Origin: Polyangiaceae bacterium
GTDB taxonomy: Bacteria; Myxococcota_A; Polyangia; Polyangiales; Polyangiaceae
Assembly (NCBI GenBank): GCA_044222475.1
Contig: JBGANF010000008.1
Location: 34,688 to 98,687, forward strand
DNA length: 64,000 nucleotides
Direction: 5' to 3'
Shown here: in pieces, positions 11,900 to 21,188 of the stretch
Layout of the letters: each line of letters begins with the position of its first letter
Numbering within the stretch: the first letter of the stretch is position 1
Position numbers and translations under genes: made by a program
The notes under the pieces: generated by a model
Database searches by the model: none
The model's input: the letters and a program-made list of their open reading frames with translations, nothing else
What the model was told of the DNA's origin: nothing

Positions 11900-12691
11900 A
11901 TGCAGATCGACCGATCGCGGTTCCTTCTCCTGACGACCGCCATCGCCGCCGGCAACGCGGCGTGCACTCCCGGCGAACCGTCGTCCCCGACGAGCGTCGC
12001 CACCGTGACGGAAGCGCCCGACGCGAGCACCGGCCCGACGGCCGAAGGCACCTCGTCGCCGACGCGCGAAGGCATGGGTCCGACGCGCGAAGGCGGCATG
12101 GGTCCGACGCGCGAAGGCGGCATGGGTCCGACGCGCGAAGGCGGCATGGGCCCGACGCGCGAAGGCGGCATGGGTCCCACGCGCGAGGGAACCCCGATCG
12201 CATCGGCGACGGCTCCGGCCACGTCGGCGAGCTCGGCGCCGCTCCCGCCCGGTTGCCCCGACAGCGACAACATGGTGGGCACCGTCGGCAACTGCAACAC
12301 GCTGCGCGCGCCCGGTCCGCAGTGCGAGAGCTTCAACGACACCAAGGACGATTGCGGCCACCTCGCGCGCGGCTTCAAGCCGCGCGTCGCGCAGAAGGCC
12401 GTCGCGTGCATCCTCGCGAAGAGCGGCACGCAGGCGATCTGCGATTTCTCCCTCGTCCAGAAGTGCAGCGCGTCCGCCGCTGCCGACTCCTGCCTCGATC
12501 CAGCCACCGGTCCGGCGTGCGACACCATCATGTCGACCTGCGCGGGTCGCGGTCGCGGCCGCGGCACCACGCTCACCCGAGTCGCGTGCATGCACGCGCT
12601 CTCGGCGCTCACGGGATCGAACCGGAGCCGCGTCGGCTCGTGCATCGCCGAGTCCTGCGGCGTCGAGCTCTGCTTCTACGATCTGAAGTGA
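11900..12691 (+). CDS. lipoprotein with tandem GMGPTREG octapeptide repeats and Cys-rich C-terminal domain
   Basis: Signal MQIDRSRFLLLTTAIAAGNAAC. Five tandem in-frame repeats TREG(G)MGP are encoded by 24-nt units. The C-terminal domain has 14 Cys. It is followed 1 nt later by the Mur ligase gene. Confidence 0.6.
   Translation: MQIDRSRFLLLTTAIAAGNAACTPGEPSSPTSVATVTEAPDASTGPTAEGTSSPTREGMGPTREGGMGPTREGGMGPTREGGMGPTREGGMGPTREGTPIASATAPATSASSAPLPPGCPDSDNMVGTVGNCNTLRAPGPQCESFNDTKDDCGHLARGFKPRVAQKAVACILAKSGTQAICDFSLVQKCSASAAADSCLDPATGPACDTIMSTCAGRGRGRGTTLTRVACMHALSALTGSNRSRVGSCIAESCGVELCFYDLK
12061..12192 (+). repeat. in-frame tandem repeat, about 5 units of 24 nt (acgcgcgaaggcggcatgggtccg)
   Basis: Directly visible as one 21-nt unit followed by four 24-nt near-identical units. 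It encodes TREGMGP/TREGGMGP inside CDS 11900..12691. Confidence 0.85.
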
Positions 12692-12692
12692 G

Positions 12693-13907
12693 ATGGCTCA
12701 TTTTCCGTCGCCTCCTTCGTGGGCGCGCGAGCTCCGCACCGTCGGGGTGACGGGAACCAACGGGAAGACGAGCACGACGCGCTGGGTGGCCGCGGCGCTC
12801 CGAGCGATGAACCGCGGGCCGGTCGTTCGCGTGACGACCGTGGGCGCCTTCCTCGACGACGAGCCGCTGAACGTGGACGAGACCTACGACGGGTTTCTCG
12901 CCGCGATGGAAGCTGGTCGGTCGCGCGGAGGAAGCCTCGCGGCGATCGAGGTCACGAGCGAGGTGCTCGCGCTCGGCTTCGTCCACGCGTGGCCGGTCGA
13001 GGTCGCGGTGTTCACCAACCTCTCGCACGATCACCTGGATGCGCATCGAAGCGCGGAGCACTACCTCGCGAGCAAGGCGCAGCTCTTCATGCACCTCCCA
13101 CCGAACGGGGCGGCGGTGCTCAACGCGTTCGATCCCGCGAGCGCGTTGATCCGCGAGGTCGTCCCCGAGGGCGTGCGGGTCGTGACGTACGGAGCTCCGA
13201 GTCGAGGCGAGCGGATCGAGACCGCGTCCGTCGACCTGCGCGCGTCGTCCGTCCGCGTGAGCTGGGAGGGCACCGTGGTGGAGCTCGCGCCGAACGACGC
13301 GCTCGCGCTGCCACGGGTGATCACGATGCGCGCGATCGGCGAGATCTACGCCGAGAACGCGCTCGCAGCGTTGGGCGGCGCGATCTCGATCGGCGCGAAC
13401 GCCGCGTCGGCGGCTGCCGCGATCGGCGCCGCGCCGCCGCCGGAAGGGCGATTCGAGGTCGTCGCGCGCGACCCGCATGTCGTCGTGGACTACGCGCACA
13501 GCCCCGATGCGCTCGCCCGCACGCTGCGAACGGCGCGAGGTCTGACCCGCGGCGAGCTCGTCGTGGTCTTCGGAGCGGGCGGAAACCGTGACGCCACGAA
13601 GCGCGCGGCGATGGGCGAGGCGGCGCGCGGCGCCGATCGTGTGATCCTCACGAGCGACAACCCGCGTGACGAGGATCCCGCCGCGATCGCGGCGGCGATT
13701 CGCGAGGGTCTCGCCGGTCATCGGGCGGTCGACGTCGTGATCGATCGCGCGGAAGCCATCGCGCTCGCCATCCGCGAGGCGAAGGCCGACGACGTGATCG
13801 TCGTCGCCGGCAAGGGTCACGAAGTGACCCAGACGGTGGCCGGCGCGACACGATCGATGCGCGATCGGGAGCTCGCACGCGACGCGCACGCTCTTCGCCG
13901 CGCCTAG
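12693..13907 (+). CDS. Mur ligase family protein, MurE-like (DNPR motif) lacking the N-terminal UDP-binding domain
   Basis: P-loop GVTGTNGKTSTT sits at residue about 20, whereas in canonical MurE it is near residue 110. The central domain motifs and C-terminal DYAHSPDAL, GAGGNRD and LTSDNPRDEDP (the DAP-recognising DNPR motif of MurE) are present. Size is 404 aa. Confidence 0.7.
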   Translation: MAHFPSPPSWARELRTVGVTGTNGKTSTTRWVAAALRAMNRGPVVRVTTVGAFLDDEPLNVDETYDGFLAAMEAGRSRGGSLAAIEVTSEVLALGFVHAWPVEVAVFTNLSHDHLDAHRSAEHYLASKAQLFMHLPPNGAAVLNAFDPASALIREVVPEGVRVVTYGAPSRGERIETASVDLRASSVRVSWEGTVVELAPNDALALPRVITMRAIGEIYAENALAALGGAISIGANAASAAAAIGAAPPPEGRFEVVARDPHVVVDYAHSPDALARTLRTARGLTRGELVVVFGAGGNRDATKRAAMGEAARGADRVILTSDNPRDEDPAAIAAAIREGLAGHRAVDVVIDRAEAIALAIREAKADDVIVVAGKGHEVTQTVAGATRSMRDRELARDAHALRRA

Positions 13908-14452
13908 CTGGCCGAGATCGCCGTCGCCTCGAGCAGGACCGTCCCGCCGTCCCCGACGATCTCGATCGAGAGCTTCGCGACCAGCTTCAGCGGCTGTGAC
14001 CGAGCCGAGACCGTCCAGTCGAACATCCCTCCGCGCATCTTCCCCGTCTCGTCGAACCACAGCGTGGAGCCACCCAGCGTGCGCGACTCTCCCGGTGCGA
14101 GCGTCACCTCGACGCGCTCCACCGGCATGTCGGTCGCCGGGATCCCGAGCGGAATGGCGCGCCCCGACGTCGGGTCGCTCACCGTGAGCTGGAACCCGAG
14201 GGGCCGGAAGTACGCAACCTTCTGCGCCACGCTCGCGCGATTCTCGACCGCGAGCGCCACGCGAAGCGCGTCTCCGCCTGCGTGCTCCGACGTCGTGGTG
14301 ACCTTCAGGACGAGGTCGTGCACTGGAACGGCCGCGACCGCGGTCGCGGTCGCGGTCGCGGGAGCGCTCGGCACCGACGCGGCGGTGGGGCTGTCGCGGC
14401 CACATCCGAGCGTGACGACGGCGAGCATGGGACCGACGAAGCGACGCATCAT
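13904..14452 (-). CDS. hypothetical lipoprotein
   Basis: The real start is likely the MM at 14452..14447 (MMRRFVGPMLAVVTLGCG). The upstream part of the listed ORF has no signal peptide. Its 4-nt overlap with the Mur ligase stop is convergent. Confidence 0.45.
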   Translation of the reverse strand: MMRRFVGPMLAVVTLGCGRDSPTAASVPSAPATATATAVAAVPVHDLVLKVTTTSEHAGGDALRVALAVENRASVAQKVAYFRPLGFQLTVSDPTSGRAIPLGIPATDMPVERVEVTLAPGESRTLGGSTLWFDETGKMRGGMFDWTVSARSQPLKLVAKLSIEIVGDGGTVLLEATAISAS

Positions 14453-14531
14453 GTGGATTAGACCACGCTGCGGTTCGCCACGTTGGCAAACGGCGCGCGA
14501 TGGGGAATCGCCGACGCGTCGGAGCTGTCGC

Positions 14532-15206
14532 ATGGGACGAACCAGGAGGGATCTCATGGCCGTCGCGATGCTCGCGGCCGCGTCGGCGTACGTCGCGGAG
14601 GTGGACGTCACCGAGCGCCGAGTGTTTTTGCCGAACCTCGTCGGTTACGCGTTTCGCGCGACGGGCGCGGGCTCCGGCGGCAACCTGTCGGGCCTCGACG
14701 GAGTGTTCTCGTACGCGCACGGGAGCGAGTCACTCTCCGATGGAGGGGACTCCGTCGTCGAGTCGTTCGCGCTCGCACCGGCGCTCGACGTGCGGGTCGG
14801 GCGCTTCACGATCGGCGGCGCGCTTCTCGTCGCGCAATCGACCAACACCTATGGCTCGGGCTCCTTCCACGGCGTGCTGACGTCGCGCCGCATCGGGCTC
14901 GAACCGCGCTTCGGCGTTCTCGTCCCCGTCGCGCGCGGCCTCGCGCTCTGGCCGGTGGCGAAGCTCGATCTCGCCTTCGGGCGCGCGACCATCGAGGGCA
15001 TGCCTGGAGGGTTCTCCACGTCGTCCACGTCGATCGCGATGCTCGCCGACGTCCTCTTCGTCGTCTCCGTCGGGTCCCGCTTCTTTGCGACGCTCGGTCC
15101 GTCCGGCGGGTGGGTGACGACGATCTCGACGAACCAAGCGTCTCAGGTCACGCGCTCGTCGACGTTTCGACTCGGAGTGGGGCTCGGAGTCGGGCTTGCG
15201 TTCTGA
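14532..15206 (+). CDS. hypothetical secreted protein, Gly/Ser-rich, possibly beta-barrel
   Basis: Start ATG at 14532 (MGRTRRDLMAVAMLAAASAYVA) within the listed ORF 14064..15206. The upstream portion overlaps the opposite-strand gene. Alternating hydrophobic pattern with terminal F. Confidence 0.4.
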   Translation: MGRTRRDLMAVAMLAAASAYVAEVDVTERRVFLPNLVGYAFRATGAGSGGNLSGLDGVFSYAHGSESLSDGGDSVVESFALAPALDVRVGRFTIGGALLVAQSTNTYGSGSFHGVLTSRRIGLEPRFGVLVPVARGLALWPVAKLDLAFGRATIEGMPGGFSTSSTSIAMLADVLFVVSVGSRFFATLGPSGGWVTTISTNQASQVTRSSTFRLGVGLGVGLAF

Positions 15207-15207
15207 C

Positions 15208-15756
15208 TCAGCGAGCCATCGCGAGCGGGATCGGCTCGCCGACCGTCAGCTCGTGCAGCGCGCGATCGGTCAGGTCGATCATGGCGGCGAGCTCGGAAGC
15301 GGCACGGGCAGTGTTGCCATCGAGGTTCCTCAGCACGTTCACGGTCTCGGTTCCCTCGCGCTCGAGTCGCATCAGCAGCCGCATCGACGACTCTTCGGCC
15401 GCGAGCTCGAGCGCGACGCGCCGTTCTTCACCGTGATACGAGAACGCCGCGGTCAACGTGGTCGTGACGCCGGCGAACCACTCGACGCAGGCGGTGAGCC
15501 AGGCGCGGGTCACGTAGCTCGCGCCGAGGTCCTCGACGCGCGCTTCGACGTCGGCGGCGGCGCGCTGGACGGCGCGGAGGTACGTCATGAGCTGCTGGAG
15601 CTCCTCGGTTTCGCTCGTGGCTGCGAGCCCGGCAGCGGCGCTCCCCATCTCGCGGCCGTACCCGAACGGGACGCGGATTCGCGTCTCCGATCGAGGCTTC
15701 ATGACGATGGGGACGGTGTGGGTGGCTTGGTCGTCGTCGTAAGCAAAGCGAGCCAT
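15208..15756 (-). CDS. hypothetical protein
   Basis: Start at MARFAYDDDQ (ATG at 15756..15754). Acidic/helical composition. No family recognised. Confidence 0.4.
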   Translation of the reverse strand: MARFAYDDDQATHTVPIVMKPRSETRIRVPFGYGREMGSAAAGLAATSETEELQQLMTYLRAVQRAAADVEARVEDLGASYVTRAWLTACVEWFAGVTTTLTAAFSYHGEERRVALELAAEESSMRLLMRLEREGTETVNVLRNLDGNTARAASELAAMIDLTDRALHELTVGEPIPLAMAR

Positions 15757-15898
15757 GATGCGTTCTACCCAGCAAGGGTCGGACCAACCCGCGATCGATG
15801 GAAACACCAGCAATTCTTCGATGTGGGTGCAGGTGCACGTGGAAACCAAGTTGGACAGGTGGAAAAGTTTGCGAGGTCACGTGTGTTATGAGGTGGAC

Positions 15899-16423
15899 AT
15901 GCGGACTCCATTGGCCGCTCTGACGTTCGTGCTCGCAGTCGGTGCCTGTCACGCCGCCTCGCGCGAGCCCGAGGCCGCGACGGTGGTGCTCCCTCCACCG
16001 AAGGATCCGCAGCCCACCGTCGCCGTCGCCGAGCCAGGCCCGGCCATCGTCAGCGACGGTTGCGCCCGCGCACGCGAGACGGGCACCTGGTCCGCCGACG
16101 CGACCCACGTCTACGTGATGCGCACCTTCCTCGACGACGCATTCGCGAACGGCGACGTCGCGTCGAGCGCACGCATCGTTCCGCAGATCGACGCCGACGG
16201 CGGCATCGCCGGAATGCGGCTCTACGGTGTCCGCGCCGGCGCGTTCTTGGACCGCCTCCAGTTTCGCAACGGCGACACGGTCTCCACGGTGAACGGTCGA
16301 CCCCTGACCAGCGCCGAGTCCGCGCTCGAGGCCTACGGCGCAGCGCGCAGCGCGCACACGATCGTCGTCGGTCTGACGCGGTCGGGCGCCCACGTCGACG
16401 AGACGATCGAAGTCTGCGAGTGA
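15899..16423 (+). CDS. hypothetical secreted protein
   Basis: Start at MRTPLAALTFVLAVGACHAA (ATG at 15899) inside the listed ORF 15755..16423. The C-terminal domain has a PDZ/GspC-like flavour (weak). Confidence 0.45.
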   Translation: MRTPLAALTFVLAVGACHAASREPEAATVVLPPPKDPQPTVAVAEPGPAIVSDGCARARETGTWSADATHVYVMRTFLDDAFANGDVASSARIVPQIDADGGIAGMRLYGVRAGAFLDRLQFRNGDTVSTVNGRPLTSAESALEAYGAARSAHTIVVGLTRSGAHVDETIEVCE

Positions 16424-16511
16424 TTCGCACAAACTTGGCCCGATCGCGCCGGATCCGTTAGCGGAAGACTAGGCGCTGCTCCTCTCGGAGCCGGTCGCCG
16501 AGGAGGACGCG

Positions 16512-16946
16512 ATGCGAGGTCTGGCTTCGATCCTTTCGCCGTTCGTGATGACGCTCGCGTTGCTCGCCGCTCGTGATGCGAGCGCAGAGACGAAGAAGGT
16601 CCCAGGACCCACGGTCGACCTCGGCGAGGTGAGCGCTGCGCCCAAGGCCGACGCGACCGCCGTGCCGATGCTTCGGCAAGCGACCGAGCAAGAGCTCCAG
16701 TCGCTCGATCTGCGGAGCGCGAAGAAGGACGCCGTCCTCTCGATCTCGCTCGTGCGTCTGGAGACCGAAGGACAGCGCGTCACCTGCGTCGTCTCGGCGA
16801 CGCTTCGGACGAAGAGCGGCGGAACGATCTTCGCGATCCTCGAGGGGCGCGCGCTCGTCTCGGGCGCCAGCGACAGCGCACGCAGCGCGAGCGTGAAGGG
16901 GGCCGTGCACGGCGCCCTCGGGCGAATCCCCGAGGCGCTGAAGTGA
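16512..16946 (+). CDS. hypothetical secreted protein
   Basis: Signal MRGLASILSPFVMTLALLAARDASA. 144 aa with normal composition. Confidence 0.45.
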   Translation: MRGLASILSPFVMTLALLAARDASAETKKVPGPTVDLGEVSAAPKADATAVPMLRQATEQELQSLDLRSAKKDAVLSISLVRLETEGQRVTCVVSATLRTKSGGTIFAILEGRALVSGASDSARSASVKGAVHGALGRIPEALK

Positions 16947-17168
16947 CGTCACGCGGCGGTTGGCCTGTGCCAGAATGGATGAATGCGCTGTGCGTTCTGT
17001 CACTTCGAGCTGGCCGACCTGAACGGCGTCGCGGCGTGCACGAACGAAGCGTGCCCGTTCAACGGTCGCAGCCAAGCGGCCGAAGTCGACACGGCGGAGA
17101 ACTCCTCGGTGACGACCGACGAGGTCTTGGCGGCCGACGCTGAAGCGTCCAAGCCACCGAAGGAATGA

Positions 17169-17885
17169 TCAGAGCTTGAAGCCCGAGGCCTGACCGTCCT
17201 TGAAGAACATCTGCACGGTCTCGAGCGAGTAGTCGGAGAGATCTTTCCCGACGAGCTTCAGCTTCGCGAGGATGTCGTTCGTCACGGTGATGACGTGGCA
17301 CCCGATCGAGTCGGCGTGGAAGATGTTGAGCAGCTCGCGCGGGCTCGCCCAGATGAGCTCGGCCTTGGGCGCGTCCTTCATGATCTTCAGCGCTTCGCTC
17401 ATGAGCGGGAGCGGGTCGACTCCGGTGTCGGCGACCCGACCGGCGAAGACGGAGATGTAGCTCTCGGGGCCGCCCTTCAGCGCGGCCGTGATCTCGCGCA
17501 CCTGATCGAGCGTCATCAGCGCGGTGACGTTGAGCTTGATGCCGTCCTTCGCGAGGCGCTCGACCGTGGCCGTCGCCTTCTCGCGCTTGGTGTTGGTGAC
17601 CGGCACCTTGACGTAGACGTTCTTGCCCCACGTCGTGATGAGGCGGGCCTGGCGCTCCATCTCGGCGAAGTCGTCGGCGAAGACCTCGTACGAGATCGGG
17701 CGCCCGCCGATGATCTCCAGGACCTCGCGCGAGAACTTCTCGTAGTCGGTGATCCCGGCCTTGCGCATCAGCGTCGGGTTCGTCGTGAACCCTTTGATCA
17801 GAGGGTGCTTGCCGATCTCCTCGATGCCGGCCTTGTCGGCTCCGTCGGCGAAGATCTTGACCTTGAGGCTCGCGAGATCCGTCAT
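17169..17885 (-). CDS. tal: transaldolase / fructose-6-phosphate aldolase family (short type 3B)
   Basis: Only the last 238 codons of the listed ORF 17169..19667 are real. It starts MTDLASLKVKIFADGADKAGIEEIGKHPLIKGFTTNPTLM, with GxTTNP and the active-site Lys region typical of short Tal/Fsa enzymes. ATG at 17885..17883. Confidence 0.75.
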   Translation of the reverse strand: MTDLASLKVKIFADGADKAGIEEIGKHPLIKGFTTNPTLMRKAGITDYEKFSREVLEIIGGRPISYEVFADDFAEMERQARLITTWGKNVYVKVPVTNTKREKATATVERLAKDGIKLNVTALMTLDQVREITAALKGGPESYISVFAGRVADTGVDPLPLMSEALKIMKDAPKAELIWASPRELLNIFHADSIGCHVITVTNDILAKLKLVGKDLSDYSLETVQMFFKDGQASGFKL

Positions 17886-17948
17886 GTTTTGCTGACCTAG
17901 CACATTCGCCGGGACTCGCACACCGGGCGTGCGACACTTAGGGCACCG

Positions 17949-19028
17949 ATGGTTGGCATGCTCGACTCGAGCCCGCTCTCGACCCGTCTCCTCAACCGCG
18001 CCGCCTCGGCGCTCGACCGCGCCGTCGTCCGCGCGATCCAAACCCGGAACCGTCGCGCCGAGTCGCCCGCGTCGTCGCTGTCTCACGATCAGCGCATGGT
18101 GCGGCTCGCCGAGATCCGCGCCGACTACGGCGCGCCGCACCTCGTCGACGATCCCGACACCTATTTCGCCCGGCCGCCGAAGGTCTCGCCGGCGCTTCGC
18201 CGGGTGCGCTCGCTCACCTTCAAGGGCGAGATCACCGACGCCACCTGGCCGAGCACGTCGGTCCCGTTCCACGAGGGCGTCCGCGACGCGTACCTCGGAC
18301 ACGAGCCCAATCGCACCGCGCACGCGCGCATCTACTCGGCCGAGCGCGGCGCCGCCCCTCGCCCCGCGATCGTCCTCATCCACGGCTACCTCTCCGGCTC
18401 GTGGGCGATCGAGGAGCGCACCTGGCCCATCGAGTGGATGCGCCGCGTCGGGTTCGACGTCGCGCTCATGGTCCTCCCGTTCCATGCCTTGCGTGGCCGG
18501 CCGGGCCCGCCGCCGTTCCCTGGTGCCGACCCGCGCTTCACCAACGAAGGGTTTCGCCAGGCAATCGCCGATCTGCGCGTGCTCGTCGCGCTGCTCCGCG
18601 ATCGGGGGGCGAGCTCGGTCGGCGTCATGGGCATGAGCCTCGGCGGCTACACGACGTCCCTTTTTGGTACACTGGAGGACGGCCTCTCGTTCGCCGTTCC
18701 GATCATCCCCCTCGCATCGATCGCCGACTTCGCGCGCGACCAAGGGCGCCTCGGAACCGGGCCCCAATCGGAGCTCCAACACCGCGCCCTCGAAGAGGCG
18801 AACTGGGTCGTGAGCCCGTTCGCGCGGAAGAGTCGGCTGGCGCCCGAGCGCGTGCTCGTCGTCGGCGCGCGCGCCGATGGCATCACGCCGATGGCGCACG
18901 CGGAGCGCATCGCGGCGCACTTCGAGGCGTCGCTCCTCTGCCTCACCGGCGGGCACCTGATGCAGCTGTGGCGTCGCGAGGCCTTCCGCGCGACCCGGCA
19001 GCTGTGGCGCCGGCTCGAGATCGTCTGA
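17949..19028 (+). CDS. alpha/beta hydrolase fold protein
   Basis: Nucleophile elbow GMSLGG, an upstream HGY motif and a downstream His near the C-terminus. Size is 359 aa. Confidence 0.7.
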   Translation: MVGMLDSSPLSTRLLNRAASALDRAVVRAIQTRNRRAESPASSLSHDQRMVRLAEIRADYGAPHLVDDPDTYFARPPKVSPALRRVRSLTFKGEITDATWPSTSVPFHEGVRDAYLGHEPNRTAHARIYSAERGAAPRPAIVLIHGYLSGSWAIEERTWPIEWMRRVGFDVALMVLPFHALRGRPGPPPFPGADPRFTNEGFRQAIADLRVLVALLRDRGASSVGVMGMSLGGYTTSLFGTLEDGLSFAVPIIPLASIADFARDQGRLGTGPQSELQHRALEEANWVVSPFARKSRLAPERVLVVGARADGITPMAHAERIAAHFEASLLCLTGGHLMQLWRREAFRATRQLWRRLEIV

Positions 19029-19032
19029 GGCT

Positions 19033-19545
19033 TCAGGAAAGCGGGAGGACGAAGCTGACGCCGGCTTCGACCATTCCGAACGGGTTGGGGTAGCTGTCGA
19101 CCCCGAACGCGATCTCGCCAAAGAACCCGATCCACGGAGTCGGCTCGATGCGAACGCCGGCGGTCGCGGCGAAGATGAAGAGCGGCACCCGCTCGCAGCT
19201 GGGCTTCCCCTGCGCATCGTGGCCGCACGTCTCGGGGACCGCCGCCGCCAGGCCACCGAAGATCGGGCGCACGACCTTGCCCGGGCGCAGCGCGGCGCGA
19301 TAACCGACGACGCCGAAGCCGAGGTGCACGTCGTCGCCGGTGGGCATGTAGCCGGCGCGCGCCCAGATCTCGTGGAAGCGCGCGAAGCGAACGCCAGCGC
19401 CGAGCATGAGGGGAACGTCGTTCGCGAACGGAACGAAGGCGGCCGACACGTCGACGACGACCGCCGAGGCGTACGTCGGCGACTCGTCGGCGCGCGCGCT
19501 CGCCGCGCCCGCGAAGACGACGCTGCCGGCGAGCACGGCGAGCAT
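19033..19545 (-). CDS. hypothetical secreted protein
   Basis: The real part begins MLAVLAGSVVFAGAASARA (ATG at 19545..19543). The upstream section of the listed ORF 19033..19857 is Arg-rich. Confidence 0.4.
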   Translation of the reverse strand: MLAVLAGSVVFAGAASARADESPTYASAVVVDVSAAFVPFANDVPLMLGAGVRFARFHEIWARAGYMPTGDDVHLGFGVVGYRAALRPGKVVRPIFGGLAAAVPETCGHDAQGKPSCERVPLFIFAATAGVRIEPTPWIGFFGEIAFGVDSYPNPFGMVEAGVSFVLPLS

Positions 19546-19587
19546 GGGTCGAAGCACCCCCGGAGGATAGACGCTATCCTGAGAGCC

Positions 19588-20457
19588 GTGAGCCGCTTCG
19601 CCTTCGTGCCGTTCGGTGCCGACGCGCCTCCGCGTGCGGTGTGCTGCGACGGGCTCGTCGACGGCACCGCGATCCATCTGAGTCACTGGCCGGGCAATCG
19701 CACGCCGTCGGACTTCAAGCGCGACACGTCGGTCGAGATCGCGCTCGCGTACGGTGCGACCGGGGAGCGGTCGTCGCTCGTCGTGAACAACCACTTCGAC
19801 ACCGACGGCGTGCTCGCGGTCTTCTGTCTCCTCCAGCCGGAGATCGCGCGAGCTCATGCCGATCTCGTGATCGGAGCGGCCGAGGTCGGCGATTTCGGTG
19901 CCTGGCCTCGGAGCCCTCGCGCGTTCTGGCTCGACGCGGCGGTGGCGAAGATCTCCGGTGGCCGCTCCGACGCGGCGGCCTACGAGCGCACGCTGCCCCT
20001 ACTCGCGGAGCTGTGCGAGCGAATCGACCACCGCGAGGATCTTTGGGGCGACGCCTGGAAGGCGCTCACCGACGAAGACGCTCGCGCCCAGCGCGATCTG
20101 CAGGTCTCGGTCGACGGACCGATCGCGATCTTTCGTCACGCCCCGGGCGCCGACTTCTCGACCGCGGTCCTGGCGAAGCGCGCCCCGGAGAGCGCGACCC
20201 GCTGGCTGCGCGCGTTCGAGCGCCCCGACGGGACGTTCGACTACCGCTACGACTTGCCGCCATGGGCATGGGCCGATACGGTGCGTCGTCCCATTTTGGG
20301 ACGACCCAAGCGCAACGCGATCGCCGCGAAGGCGCCCGGCTCGTGGGCGCTCAAGGGAGACCTCGGCATGGTCGGGATCATCCGCACGCGCGCGCCCATC
20401 GCGAACGCCCCCGACGACGTCGCGCGCGCGCTGCTCACCGGCGACGCGGCGGCGTGA
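19588..20457 (+). CDS. hypothetical protein (start uncertain, possibly GTG at 19588)
   Basis: The 3' two-thirds of the listed ORF 19219..20457 has normal composition (FAFVPFGADAPPRAVCCDGLVDGTAIHLSHW...). The 5' part overlaps the opposite-strand gene and is Arg-rich. No ATG is found after 19545 until well inside, so a GTG start is assumed. Confidence 0.4.
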   Translation: MSRFAFVPFGADAPPRAVCCDGLVDGTAIHLSHWPGNRTPSDFKRDTSVEIALAYGATGERSSLVVNNHFDTDGVLAVFCLLQPEIARAHADLVIGAAEVGDFGAWPRSPRAFWLDAAVAKISGGRSDAAAYERTLPLLAELCERIDHREDLWGDAWKALTDEDARAQRDLQVSVDGPIAIFRHAPGADFSTAVLAKRAPESATRWLRAFERPDGTFDYRYDLPPWAWADTVRRPILGRPKRNAIAAKAPGSWALKGDLGMVGIIRTRAPIANAPDDVARALLTGDAAA

Positions 20458-20463
20458 GCGCGA

Positions 20464-21075
20464 TCACTGGAAGTCCTGGACGCTCCAGAACTTGCCGTTG
20501 CCCATGTCGTAGAAGCCGCAGAAGACCTTCGTGTACTTCGTGCTCGACATGTTGATGTAGTGCCCGTGGGTGTTGAAGTCGACGCCGGGCCCTTCGTTCC
20601 ACATCATCTGAAGGCAGCCGTCGAGCGACTGCTGCATGTTCGCGGTCGGCCAGCCGGGGCACTCGTTCTGCGCGAACTCGCTGCACTGCCCGAACGCGCT
20701 GTGGGCCTTGTTGGCGAGCGCGTCCGTCTTCGACTGTCCGTCGGCGCACGCTTCCTTCGACGACAGGCGCGCGAGCGCCGGCAAGCTGAGCGTCGCCCGG
20801 TACTGGTTGATCTTGTCGACGCAGTGCTGCTGAATCGAGCTCGAACCGGCGTCGACCACCGGCGGCGGCGAGCCGGAGTCGACCACCGGAGGGGGAGGGG
20901 GCGTGCCGGAGTCCTTCGCCGTACCGCCGTCGGTCTTGGGCGGCGGCGTGCCGCTGTCCTTGGTCGGCGTCGGCCCGCTGTCGGCGGTGGGATCGATCGT
21001 CGGGTCGGGATCGGCGGAGCAGGCGGCGGCGACGAGGGCCACCAGGGCGATCGGCAAGACGTGGATCGAGCGCAT
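20464..21075 (-). CDS. CAP/SCP/PR-1-like domain lipoprotein
   Basis: Signal and lipobox MRSIHVLPIALVALVAAACS, then a Pro-rich linker. The C-terminal domain has the HCVDKINQYRA and HGHY...VFCGFY motifs characteristic of the CAP superfamily. Confidence 0.65.
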   Translation of the reverse strand: MRSIHVLPIALVALVAAACSADPDPTIDPTADSGPTPTKDSGTPPPKTDGGTAKDSGTPPPPPVVDSGSPPPVVDAGSSSIQQHCVDKINQYRATLSLPALARLSSKEACADGQSKTDALANKAHSAFGQCSEFAQNECPGWPTANMQQSLDGCLQMMWNEGPGVDFNTHGHYINMSSTKYTKVFCGFYDMGNGKFWSVQDFQ

Positions 21076-21188
21076 TCCCCGTCACGATGCACGCGGCGCG
21101 CCAGCCGGGCGGCGCGAGAATCGCTTGGATTTCCGTCGGATTTTGGGGGCGATTGCCCCCGGTCAGTGGATCTTTTCCCCGGTCGCGC

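Noticed and set aside
10007-12595. Full 862-aa reading of the minus-strand ORF
   Set aside because: Only the C-terminal 422 codons encode a signal peptide plus Cys-rich protein. The 5' 440 codons are Arg/Pro-rich and overlap the real lipoprotein genes 11307..11843 and 11900..12691.
12609-14720. 703-aa minus-strand ORF antisense to the Mur ligase gene
   Set aside because: Arg/Asp-rich with no motifs. The plus-strand frame carries the GTNGKT, DNPR and Mur C-terminal motifs.
16983-17168. 61-aa ORF with CxxC...C pattern (MRCAFCHFELADLNGVAACTNEACPF...)
   Set aside because: It is short and has no second CxxC pair or conservation evidence. It lies between two real genes, so it could be genuine, but support is insufficient to call it.
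17886-19667. 5' 594 codons of the 832-aa ORF containing the transaldolase
   Set aside because: Ser/Arg/Ala/Pro-rich and antisense to the alpha/beta-hydrolase gene (17949..19028), which has a GxSxG motif. The transaldolase homology begins exactly at the internal ATG at 17885.
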